A DNA stretch of 64,000 bases, taken from positions 115,648-179,647 of IMG/VR virus record IMGVR_UViG_3300026097_000805; one strand, 5' to 3'. This stretch comes from a virus. The notes beneath the pieces are model-generated. The model saw only the letters and a list, made by a program, of their open reading frames with translations. It was not told the DNA's origin and searched no databases. Every line of letters starts with the position of its first letter. Position 1 is the first letter of the stretch. The position numbers were made by a program, and so were the translations under genes. This document shows positions 1 through 6,982 of the stretch, piece by piece.

Positions 1-219
1 AAAAGTGTCTTTATTGCCAAAAAACACATCACCCAAGTGGTATACAATATCACCGGGCTTGACAACACGGTTCCAGTTTTCGATCATTGTTTCGTCCATT
101 TCTTCAACAGAACTAAAACGATCGCCACGAACTAACTTACCTGTGCGTGAATCCACAAAGTTAAGGATATTGGCATGTTGAAAGTGTGTATCACTAATTA
201 ACCAAATATCTCTAGACAT
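1..219 (-). CDS. Calcineurin-like metallophosphoesterase, N-terminal part (runs off window)
   Basis: Manual translation MSRDIWLISDTHFQHANILNF...VVKPGDIVYHLGDVFFG shows the DxH and GD metallophosphoesterase motifs; RBS GGAGG upstream. Confidence 0.85.
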   Translation of the reverse strand, partial: MSRDIWLISDTHFQHANILNFVDSRTGKLVRGDRFSSVEEMDETMIENWNRVVKPGDIVYHLGDVFFGNKDTF

Positions 220-248
220 GTTGCCCTCCTTTCTTAAGTGTTAATAGT

Positions 249-277
249 ATTATATGTGTATTTAACTTGTTTGTCAA
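249..277 (-). promoter_or_regulatory. Sigma70-type promoter
   Basis: TTGACA-17bp-TATAAT upstream of the phosphoesterase gene. Confidence 0.8.
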
Positions 278-284
278 CCAATAG

Positions 285-360
285 TGGTGCTAGAGGACGG
301 AATCGAACCGCCGACACGAGAATCTTCAATACCCTGCTCTACCGACTGAGCTACTCTAGC
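285..360 (-). tRNA. tRNA-Phe(GAA)
   Basis: 76-nt cloverleaf, loop TT-GAA-GA, encoded CCA. Confidence 0.92.
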
Positions 361-364
361 ATTA

Positions 365-435
365 TGGTAGTAAATGATAGAATCGAACTATCTCTTCAGG
401 CTTATGAGACCCGAGTCCGGACCACCGGATTTACT
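365..435 (-). tRNA. Atypical CAT-anticodon tRNA (Met or Ile2)
   Basis: Acceptor AGTAAAT/ATTTACT, loop CT-CAT-AA, T-arm GATAG-TTCGATT-CTATC, CCA; D-arm non-canonical. Confidence 0.7.
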
Positions 436-436
436 A

Positions 437-519
437 TGGAGTGCAAGACAGGACTCGAACCTGCATAGTCTTACGACACGGATTTGCAATCCGATGCATA
501 ACCATTCTGCCACTTGCAC
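437..519 (-). tRNA. tRNA-Cys(GCA) with long variable arm
   Basis: 83 nt, loop TT-GCA-AA, discriminator U73, extra hairpin GTC-GTAA-GAC. Confidence 0.88.
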
Positions 520-520
520 A

Positions 521-596
521 TGGCTGGGGCGGAAGGACTCGAACCTCCAATCGACAGAATCAAAATCTGTTGCATTACCAATTATGCTACACCCCA
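521..596 (-). tRNA. tRNA-Gln(TTG)
   Basis: Cloverleaf, TTG anticodon, CCA. Confidence 0.93.
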
Positions 597-601
597 AAAC
601 T

Positions 602-677
602 TGGTGGACTCGCTCGGATTCGAACCGAGGACCAATTGATTAAAAGTCAACTGCTCTACCAACTGAGCTACGAGTCC
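602..677 (-). tRNA. tRNA-Lys(TTT)
   Basis: Cloverleaf, loop CT-TTT-AA, CCA. Confidence 0.95.
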
Positions 678-678
678 A

Positions 679-762
679 TGGTGGGGAAGGTAGGATTCGA
701 ACCTACTCACTTTACGAACTGATTTACAGTCAGCCGCGCCTCTCCAACTGCGCCGCTTCCCC
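679..762 (-). tRNA. tRNA-Tyr(GTA)
   Basis: 84-nt type II cloverleaf, CT-GTA-AA, CCA. Confidence 0.95.
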
Positions 763-763
763 A

Positions 764-839
764 TGGTGTCAAAGGATGGACTTGAACCATCGACCTAACG
801 GTTATCAGCCGTTTGCTCTACCAACTGAGCTACATTGAC
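764..839 (-). tRNA. tRNA-Ile(GAT)
   Basis: Cloverleaf, CT-GAT-AA, CCA. Confidence 0.95.
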
Positions 840-844
840 AAACT

Positions 845-918
845 TGGCACCGGTCCAGGGAATCGAACCCCGAGTTTCAGTTTTGGAGACTGACGTGTTG
901 CCATTACACTAGACCGAT
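845..918 (-). tRNA. tRNA-Trp(CCA)
   Basis: Cloverleaf, CT-CCA-AA, CCA end; first tRNA after attenuator 1. Confidence 0.93.
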
Positions 919-939
919 ATAAAACTTTTTCCTCCTACT

Positions 940-980
940 AAAAATAAAAAACCCCTGCTAATATCTCTACTAGCAGGGGT
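940..980 (-). terminator. Intrinsic terminator / attenuator 1
   Basis: ACCCCTGCTA-10nt-TAGCAGGGGT followed by TTTTTATTTTT; lies between the leader ORF and tRNA-Trp. Confidence 0.85.
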
Positions 981-1004
981 GCGTTAAATAACTTTTCTTG
1001 ACTA

Positions 1005-1082
1005 CTATGTCAAAAGCACACTCCTGCCTTCGCTAAACCAGCGAATGCAATATTGTTGAATATGTTTCATCATTGTAGTCAT
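1005..1082 (-). CDS. Putative attenuator leader peptide 1, MTTMMKHIQQYCIRWFSEGRSVLLT (25 aa)
   Basis: Manual translation; purine-rich AAAGAGA upstream, promoter ~40 nt upstream, double TAG stop, then terminator; codons match the downstream tRNAs. Confidence 0.75.
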   Translation of the reverse strand: MTTMMKHIQQYCIRWFSEGRSVLLT

Positions 1083-1119
1083 TTCTATTTCTCTTTGTTT
1101 AATTTCTTAGTATGTGTAT

Positions 1120-1148
1120 ACTATACACGTTTATTTATCTTCTGTCAA
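1120..1148 (-). promoter_or_regulatory. Sigma70-type promoter driving leader 1; spacer also contains GATAAATA late-type motif
   Basis: TTGACA-GAAGATAAATAAACGTG(17)-TATAGT. Confidence 0.8.
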
Positions 1149-1163
1149 CCGTTTATTTTACTT

Positions 1164-1187
1164 TTTGACAATTTAGATACAATATTT
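1164..1187. repeat. 24-bp inverted repeat copy A (pairs with 2564-2587)
   Basis: TTTGACAATTTAGATACAATATTT is the exact reverse complement of 2564-2587. Confidence 0.95.
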
Positions 1188-1191
1188 TAAA

Positions 1192-1266
1192 TGGTACACC
1201 GTAGGGGAATCGAACCCCTCTTTCCTGCGTGAAAGGCAAGCGTCCTAACCGATAGACGAACGGTGC
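1192..1266 (-). tRNA. tRNA-Glu(TTC)
   Basis: Cloverleaf, CT-TTC-AC, CCA. Confidence 0.94.
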
Positions 1267-1271
1267 ATATA

Positions 1272-1348
<77 letters not shown>

Positions 1349-1354
1349 AATAAT

Positions 1355-1447
1355 TGGCGGTGAGGGTGGGATTTGAACCCACGGAACGCTATTAACGTTC
1401 GTCTGTTTTCAAGACAGGTGCAATAAGCCGGACTCTGCCACCTCACC
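1355..1447 (-). tRNA. tRNA-Ser(TGA)
   Basis: 93-nt type II cloverleaf, CT-TGA-AA, CCA. Confidence 0.94.
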
Positions 1448-1454
1448 AATAAAT

Positions 1455-1740
1455 TGGCAGCCCGTTAGCCACACACCGTTGGAATGATGCTTGTGACCCC
1501 TACACTGTAATAGCCCTGCTGTCTAGTTTATCAGTCTAGGGCACAAACTATTGTTTAGGTATAGGACTTTTGCTTCTCACTAAAGACCGCCACGGACCAA
1601 CGGACGGCACTCTTTAGAACTAACACTAATGCAAAGAGCAAGTGGTTAACCAATGCATCGACCTAGTTACTTGATAGACTATATCATATCTTTCGCTACT
1701 ATCGGGCGGTTCAGGCCCTTATCGCCGTCTCTTTCGAGCT
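1455..1740 (-). ncRNA. Unknown ~286-nt structured RNA with acceptor-like stem and CCA end
   Basis: 5' AGCTCG pairs with 3' CGGGCT-G-CCA; several internal hairpins; occupies a tRNA slot in the array; no T-arm, no ORF. Confidence 0.6.
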
Positions 1741-1750
1741 AGTGTGTAGT

Positions 1751-1826
1751 TGGTAGCGGGAGCAGGAATCGAACCTACCTCAGTCCGGCTTATGAGACCA
1801 GTGAGTTCCCAGAACTCTATCCCGCA
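1751..1826 (-). tRNA. tRNA-fMet(CAT), initiator-like
   Basis: CT-CAT-AA loop, 1:72 mismatch (T/T), CCA. Confidence 0.85.
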
Positions 1827-1829
1827 ACT

Positions 1830-1903
1830 TGGAGCGGATACCGAGAATCGAACTCGGACGATCACGTTGGCAACGTGAGAGGCTACCTTTACATCATATC
1901 CGC
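1830..1903 (-). tRNA. tRNA-Gly(GCC)
   Basis: Cloverleaf, TT-GCC-AA, U73, CCA. Confidence 0.92.
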
Positions 1904-1907
1904 AATA

Positions 1908-1983
1908 TGGTGGAGATACGCGGGATCGAACCGCGGACCTGAAGCTTGCAAAGCTACTGCTCTCCCATCTGAGCTATATCCCC
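1908..1983 (-). tRNA. tRNA-Ala(TGC)
   Basis: Cloverleaf, TGC anticodon, G3:U70, CCA. Confidence 0.95.
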
Positions 1984-1988
1984 ATTAA

Positions 1989-2065
<77 letters not shown>

Positions 2066-2072
2066 TTTAATA

Positions 2073-2155
2073 TGGTGCCCTGGGGGAGACTCGAACTCCC
2101 ACTCCGAAGAACTGGTACCTAAAACCAGCGTGTCTACCAATTCCACCACCAGGGC
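2073..2155 (-). tRNA. tRNA-Leu(TAG)
   Basis: Type II cloverleaf, TT-TAG-GT, CCA. Confidence 0.94.
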
Positions 2156-2161
2156 AATTTA

Positions 2162-2236
2162 TGGTGCTGATGGAGAGAATCGAACTCCCAATCTACGCAT
2201 TACAAGTGCGTTGCCTTACCATTCGGCCACATCAGC
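2162..2236 (-). tRNA. tRNA-Thr(TGT)
   Basis: Cloverleaf, CT-TGT-AA, CCA. Confidence 0.93.
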
Positions 2237-2242
2237 AATATT

Positions 2243-2317
2243 TGGAGCGGGTGGACGGGATCGAACCGACGACACCTGACTTGGAAGGACAGTGCTCTAC
2301 CACTGAGCTACACCCGC
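2243..2317 (-). tRNA. tRNA-Gly(TCC)
   Basis: Cloverleaf, CT-TCC-AA, T-T mismatch in anticodon stem, CCA. Confidence 0.92.
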
Positions 2318-2321
2318 AATA

Positions 2322-2410
2322 TGGCGGAGCGACTGGGAGTCGAACCCAGTGAACGCGGTTAGCGTTCTACGGATTAGCAATCCGCTGCATTACCATCCTG
2401 CCCCCGCTCC
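2322..2410 (-). tRNA. tRNA-Ser(GCT)
   Basis: Type II cloverleaf, TT-GCT-AA, CCA. Confidence 0.94.
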
Positions 2411-2419
2411 GTATGTGTT

Positions 2420-2475
2420 TGGCTCTACCCTCCCCTCTGGGCGATTTAACTAACGAGGCATCTTGCGTTAGTACC
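2420..2475 (-). ncRNA. ~56-nt CCA-ending hairpin element (mini-RNA or tRNA remnant)
   Basis: ACTAACG/CGTTAGT hairpin, ends GCCA, flanked by the same short spacers as neighbouring tRNAs. Confidence 0.3.
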
Positions 2476-2480
2476 ATGTT

Positions 2481-2555
2481 TGGCTCCCGGTGTTGGAATC
2501 GAACCAACCAATGACGGATTAACAGTCCGCTCCCCCACCTTGGGGGCAACCGGGA
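2481..2555 (-). tRNA. tRNA-Asn(GTT)
   Basis: CT-GTT-AA loop, CCA; unusual C5/G5 D-stem. Confidence 0.9.
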
Positions 2556-2563
2556 ATAAACCT

Positions 2564-2614
2564 AAATATTGTATCTAAATTGTCAAAGAGCGTGTAGCAA
2601 GTTCTTCTTGCTAC
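2564..2614 (-). promoter_or_regulatory. rrn-like leader: boxB-like hairpin, boxA-like GCTCTTTGACAATTTA and inverted repeat copy B (2564-2587)
   Basis: GTAGCAAG-AAGAA-CTTGCTAC hairpin followed by a sequence resembling rrn boxA (TGCTCTTTAACAATTTA). Confidence 0.6.
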
Positions 2615-2625
2615 GTTATGTATAT

Positions 2626-2654
2626 ACTATACTACTTTATTCTGTGCCTGTCAA
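2626..2654 (-). promoter_or_regulatory. Sigma70-type promoter for tRNA array 2
   Basis: TTGACA-17bp-TATAGT. Confidence 0.8.
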
Positions 2655-2674
2655 CTACTATTTTGCCTTAAACC

Positions 2675-2713
2675 AAAAAAAAACCTTCCTTGCTGTGTGC
2701 TTGGAAGGTTTTT
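2675..2713 (-). terminator. Intrinsic terminator / attenuator 2
   Basis: AAAAACCTTCC-13nt-GGAAGG followed by T9. Confidence 0.85.
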
Positions 2714-2737
2714 GGAATCTTGTTAGCTAATGCTCGC

Positions 2738-2827
2738 TTACGTTCCGCAACCCTCCAGGCATAGACTACCCGCTGGATTTTCCGATCCAGGTGTCCATGT
2801 ATCTAATGTGAGTACGAATGTAAACAT
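2738..2827 (-). CDS. Putative attenuator leader peptide 2, MFTFVLTLDTWTPGSENPAGSLCLEGCGT (29 aa)
   Basis: Manual translation; AAGGA RBS and GATAAATA motif upstream; terminator 25 nt after stop; codons match array 2. Confidence 0.75.
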   Translation of the reverse strand: MFTFVLTLDTWTPGSENPAGSLCLEGCGT

Positions 2828-2916
2828 TGAAAGTTTTTTCCTTATTAACTATGCATTTATTTATCATCTAGATAAAAAACACGCACATATTGGCTTATTT
2901 TTGGAACTTTGCTGTG

Positions 2917-3513
2917 TTAATATCTCTTAGGATGAATAAATGAAGAAATAGAAAATCTACCATCTATTGCATCATCCGACTGCATTTTTACCGGTTCTAC
3001 ATTATGTATTAAACAACTGGGAAATAGCACAGTTCTTGCATTCTTCAGTTGAATATTGTTGCCTGCAATATTAAAATCTCCACCTGTAAACTTTTTTGGT
3101 TCCTTAAATAACCATGTAATACACGACATCAAAGCTGTATCTGCATGAGGCTTGTAATAGTCGCCTTCATTGTACCTTGATAACAACACGTCATACTCGA
3201 ACTCACAAAATAAGAATTCAAAAAAATTACTTTTGCTTGCTAAACTTTGCTTTATCTGTAGATCATAAAGTTTTTTATGAACATTAATAATATCACTATA
3301 TTCCGGATTTATCACTTGATGAATCCAGATTCCTTTATTCTTTTTTAAATCTTGGCCTGTTAGATCAATTGCTGACCCAGTATTATTAGGGTTAAGCAAC
3401 TTTGAAGACAAAAATGATACTTCTTTCCAAATTGCAGAAATTTCTTTGTCGTCAAAAAAATTGTCTATAATAGCAACAGGTAAGTCTTTTACTTTAAGGA
3501 TTTGTAAATGCAT
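2917..3513 (-). CDS. 2OG-Fe(II) oxygenase (prolyl-4-hydroxylase-like)
   Basis: HxD (YYKPHAD), GGDF, H...R-x-S motifs. Confidence 0.85.
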   Translation of the reverse strand: MHLQILKVKDLPVAIIDNFFDDKEISAIWKEVSFLSSKLLNPNNTGSAIDLTGQDLKKNKGIWIHQVINPEYSDIINVHKKLYDLQIKQSLASKSNFFEFLFCEFEYDVLLSRYNEGDYYKPHADTALMSCITWLFKEPKKFTGGDFNIAGNNIQLKNARTVLFPSCLIHNVEPVKMQSDDAIDGRFSISSFIHPKRY

Positions 3514-3518
3514 TTGAT

Positions 3519-3965
3519 TTACTTACTAAATTTTAGCGTATAAGTCTTACCATTGTTCCAAAACTTAATTGTGCTATGACTATAAACTTCTCGCTGGCGT
3601 TCTTCATATCGTGTTTCGATCGAGCATTGACGCTCCGTACGATAGCCTGTGACGCTTTGCTTGGACTGATTTTTATCAGCGGCAATCATACCTCCAATAA
3701 CGGCGCCAGCTGCCGCACCTTTGTCGTCACCCGAAGCACCTTTGCCAATAAGGCCACCAATAATCATACCACCTAGTACATCTCCTGCACTAGCACCACT
3801 TCCAGTCTGGCCGTACACAGGTACCTGTACATCCTTGCATACCTCTACACGATATGGCTCTTGTTCGATTACAGTTTTATAATGATCTTGTGTGACACCA
3901 CGAACATTTTCTGCAAGTGCAGGAGTTGCAATTAACATACACGAAGCAACAATAAATTTTCTCAT
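3519..3965 (-). CDS. Secreted glycine-zipper protein
   Basis: Signal peptide and GAAAGAVIGG repeats. Confidence 0.75.
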   Translation of the reverse strand: MRKFIVASCMLIATPALAENVRGVTQDHYKTVIEQEPYRVEVCKDVQVPVYGQTGSGASAGDVLGGMIIGGLIGKGASGDDKGAAAGAVIGGMIAADKNQSKQSVTGYRTERQCSIETRYEERQREVYSHSTIKFWNNGKTYTLKFSK

Positions 3966-4315
3966 TTTATATCCTCTCTATACCATCCAGTATTGTATTC
4001 ATCTACAATGTTTACATTATTTACACGATCATAACGGAAACTGCGCCATCCTTTAGCATTTACGTCCCATACACTCACAACAGCATCTGAGACTTTTCGA
4101 ACAGCTTTTTGAGTCATAGGATCTTTCTTAGTTGCTGGCGGTTTCATGTCTTCACGCAAGGTACAGGTCATAACACGCTTGTCACCGTCTAATTTAGTAA
4201 AGTCAACTACGAGCACATTTTGTTCTAGTAATCTTTCTAAATCTTCACGTACAGGAATACCTTTGAGTGTTGCTACTGTCTCAGCGACTTGAGACGACTT
4301 TATCTGCGAATCCAT
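3962..4315 (-). CDS. SH3-fold/WYL-like phage protein
   Basis: [15 protein letters not shown]...[15 protein letters not shown] pattern; start uncertain. Confidence 0.6.
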   Translation of the reverse strand: MDSQIKSSQVAETVATLKGIPVREDLERLLEQNVLVVDFTKLDGDKRVMTCTLREDMKPPATKKDPMTQKAVRKVSDAVVSVWDVNAKGWRSFRYDRVNNVNIVDEYNTGWYREDIK

Positions 4316-4898
4316 TTTCTACTGCTTCCTCTGCTGTTAAGAACGTATCAAACTTCATAGTTTCAAACAGTTCTTCATAAGACTTGTTTGCTGTGTTGTG
4401 TTTAACATACAGCTCTGTAAGACGCTTGTTGATCTTCTGCGACTCTTCGTAATGACGTTTTGCATCTTCAAACTGTAGCTCTTGAACATGCACACTGCCA
4501 CTTGTACCTGGAGTACCTGAGCTTACACGATGGATCATCGTACGGCTTTCTGGCAATACAACTCGCTTTCCTGGCGTGCCTGCTTGTGCAAGGAACGAAC
4601 CCATTGAACATGCTTGGCCCATTACAATAGTGCGTATATCGGGCTTAATAAACTGCATAGTGTCGTAAATAGCAAGTCCTGCTGTGACAGCGCCTCCGGG
4701 CGAGTTAATGTACAAACTAATTTCTTTGTCACTGTTTTGACTTTCTAGATATAGCAACTGTGCTACAATCAAATTGGCCATATTATCTTCTACTGGACCG
4801 TTCAACATCACAATACGGTCTTTCATCAATCGGCTGTAAATATCGTATGAACGTTCGCCGCGACTTTCTTGTTCTACTACCATTGGAATTAGTGGCAT
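4281..4898 (-). CDS. clpP: ATP-dependent Clp protease proteolytic subunit
   Basis: [25 protein letters not shown] (catalytic Ser), [19 protein letters not shown]. Confidence 0.96.
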   Translation of the reverse strand: MPLIPMVVEQESRGERSYDIYSRLMKDRIVMLNGPVEDNMANLIVAQLLYLESQNSDKEISLYINSPGGAVTAGLAIYDTMQFIKPDIRTIVMGQACSMGSFLAQAGTPGKRVVLPESRTMIHRVSSGTPGTSGSVHVQELQFEDAKRHYEESQKINKRLTELYVKHNTANKSYEELFETMKFDTFLTAEEAVENGFADKVVSSR

Positions 4899-5122
4899 TA
4901 TCGGCCCTCCTTAATATATTGTACTTTTGGACCTTTTGAAGTAAACTCCATTCCGGCCATATTTCCTACATAAATCTTACCGTTCCAGCTCATGCGTATT
5001 CTGTTGCCTGCTACAAAAGCATCAAATTTTTGTTCTTCTTTGAAGTTATCTACTTCCGCTTCGACGCTTACATCACTCTTTGTATTTGTAAGCATCACTT
5101 TATCATCTACTATAGTTCTCAT
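4898..5122 (-). CDS. Hypothetical protein
   Basis: 74-aa ORF abutting neighbours. Confidence 0.7.
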   Translation of the reverse strand: MRTIVDDKVMLTNTKSDVSVEAEVDNFKEEQKFDAFVAGNRIRMSWNGKIYVGNMAGMEFTSKGPKVQYIKEGR

Positions 5123-5373
5123 TTCTTTCCTAACAATTTAAGATTCAGTACAAAGTTTTCTACTAGTAGTTTAACAATGATTGCGCCGTCTGTCAATGGA
5201 TTTCTTTCCATTTCAAGCACATGAGTTGCCATCATTATGTAGGCTTGTTCTTCGGTAATGTTTAGTTCGCTCCAATCAATAGGGTCTATTGACTCGCCTT
5301 CTTTTGCTAGAATAACCAGGTTTCTAACTGCCTCGTCATCTACTTCGAACATATCAGTCATCTGTATTTTCAA
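5119..5373 (-). CDS. Hypothetical protein
   Basis: 84-aa ORF, ATGA overlap. Confidence 0.7.
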   Translation of the reverse strand: MKIQMTDMFEVDDEAVRNLVILAKEGESIDPIDWSELNITEEQAYIMMATHVLEMERNPLTDGAIIVKLLVENFVLNLKLLGKK

Positions 5374-5755
5374 ACCCTATATTTAGAAGACTGTCTGCTA
5401 AAATAATATCATCTTCGATGTCGTCTTTCTTTGCTTTAATTGCTGCCATGTCTGCGGCAGTAAATTTTACGTCTTTGCCACTAACTCGTAGTTCTTCTTC
5501 TAAACGAAAAATCTTTTCTAAGCTTCCTGGTCCTTCCCAAATATCATTCATTACTTGGTTTATTTTTTCTAAAGGCACTCTACGAATTCTATATTGTCCA
5601 AAATACCTCTGTAGAAATCCGTGAAATACACTTGGAATTAAATCGTGTGCAGAGAAGTTAAATGTCCCATTAAATCCATTTGGATGAAAAGGATCTTCTA
5701 AATACTTTGGATTGTTATAAAATTCAATTGTGCTTTCAATATTAGTTTGATACAT
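5354..5755 (-). CDS. Hypothetical protein
   Basis: 133-aa ORF with AGGA RBS. Confidence 0.7.
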   Translation of the reverse strand: MYQTNIESTIEFYNNPKYLEDPFHPNGFNGTFNFSAHDLIPSVFHGFLQRYFGQYRIRRVPLEKINQVMNDIWEGPGSLEKIFRLEEELRVSGKDVKFTAADMAAIKAKKDDIEDDIILADSLLNIGFENTDD

Positions 5756-5763
5756 AGGTTTCC

Positions 5764-6168
5764 TTAATTTACTAGTTGTGATACTAAATTCATTGCTACT
5801 GCTGTGCCTGTGATGCTCGAGCCAATCATAATAGCTCTGTCACTCCACGCCATGCCCACATATACCCATGCCATACTGGCTACAAGATATGCAAACTGTC
5901 CATACATGCCTAGTCCTGCTGAGATAAGAAATACTCCAGCTACTGCTAAAATTGTAGCAGTCCACTTAACATACCAGTCCGGTGTTCCTGTAGGCGTAGT
6001 AGGTGTTAGATCCTCTACTTCTGTTTGTAGTTCTGCAAGTTCTTCTTTGAGGCGTTTGCGTTCTTTAGAAAGTTCCATTGCAAGATTGCGAGCTCTACTT
6101 TCAGAACTTGCTTCCTTGTATTCTTCTTTAGCTATTTCTTGTGTTTCAGACAATTTGTTCGATCTCAT
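5764..6168 (-). CDS. Membrane protein (coiled coil plus 3 TM)
   Basis: N-terminal coiled coil, hydrophobic C-terminal half. Confidence 0.7.
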   Translation of the reverse strand: MRSNKLSETQEIAKEEYKEASSESRARNLAMELSKERKRLKEELAELQTEVEDLTPTTPTGTPDWYVKWTATILAVAGVFLISAGLGMYGQFAYLVASMAWVYVGMAWSDRAIMIGSSITGTAVAMNLVSQLVN

Positions 6169-6982
6169 ATTTTGCGCCTAGTGCGTAGACATTGTAATCA
6201 TAACCTATAACTTTTGTTATACTGCCGGTTTCGCTTTTAATATTAACTTTACCTTGTTGTGCAAGAAACTGCCAAGCAGCCAATCCCATGTCAGTCAGCG
6301 GAAACTGTAGCCTTACAAGATAGTTGTCGGGTGTACGCCAATACTGTATGTCCAGCTTGCTACGGCTGCTTCTACGCTTTACTGTGCCTACATATTCAAT
6401 AGTAGTATGCAAGCCGTGTTGCTGTTTATTGGGCAAGCTGGTGTGTGCATTAAAGATAGCTTCTGTTGCCTTGTCTTCTTCATAGAAGTCAGGCAGCTTC
6501 AACAACGGACTAACACTGTCCTTGTTGACGCGACGAGGCGATTCAATCAAGTCATCCACAGCCAACATAAACTTTGAAATACGTGTATTCTGTAGGCGCC
6601 GCATTAGAATCTTGTTGCGAAAGTGCTTGCGCACAACAATAGCTCGTTCTCTATCTTCTGCTTCGATAGTATCTTTAATAGAGGTATAGCCATGCAATAC
6701 TTCTGCAATCTCACTATATTGGTTGCCTGTGCGAAGCATAGCACACACTATTGCCAGAGGATCGTTATCAAACTCTAGATACACGGGCTCTGAAAGGCCT
6801 GCCTGTGCTTGATTACAATCCCACTCAGTCCACTCGTCTATCGCGACTGTGTTCATTTTAGTCCCAAAGATTTTCGTAGTATTTGCCAAAGAGCCTAAAG
6901 CCATTTGAAATCCTTTCTTGATATTTCTTTCTACCTTCCCAATCATACTCTTTGGTATCATTAGGTCCACGAACCATTTCAC
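6146..6982 (-). CDS. Hypothetical protein
   Basis: 278-aa ORF in operon. Confidence 0.7.
   Translation of the reverse strand: MKWFVDLMIPKSMIGKVERNIKKGFQMALGSLANTTKIFGTKMNTVAIDEWTEWDCNQAQAGLSEPVYLEFDNDPLAIVCAMLRTGNQYSEIAEVLHGYTSIKDTIEAEDRERAIVVRKHFRNKILMRRLQNTRISKFMLAVDDLIESPRRVNKDSVSPLLKLPDFYEEDKATEAIFNAHTSLPNKQQHGLHTTIEYVGTVKRRSSRSKLDIQYWRTPDNYLVRLQFPLTDMGLAAWQFLAQQGKVNIKSETGSITKVIGYDYNVYALGAKYEIEQIV

Noticed and set aside
1555-1580. AAAAGTCC in the 286-nt RNA resembles the RNase P P4 motif GAGGAAAGUCC
   Set aside because: The complementary 3' P4 strand and other universal RNase P regions are absent.
1455-1740. Possible intron-containing tRNA
   Set aside because: No T-arm (GTTC) or D-arm exon halves and no group I/II core motifs recognised.
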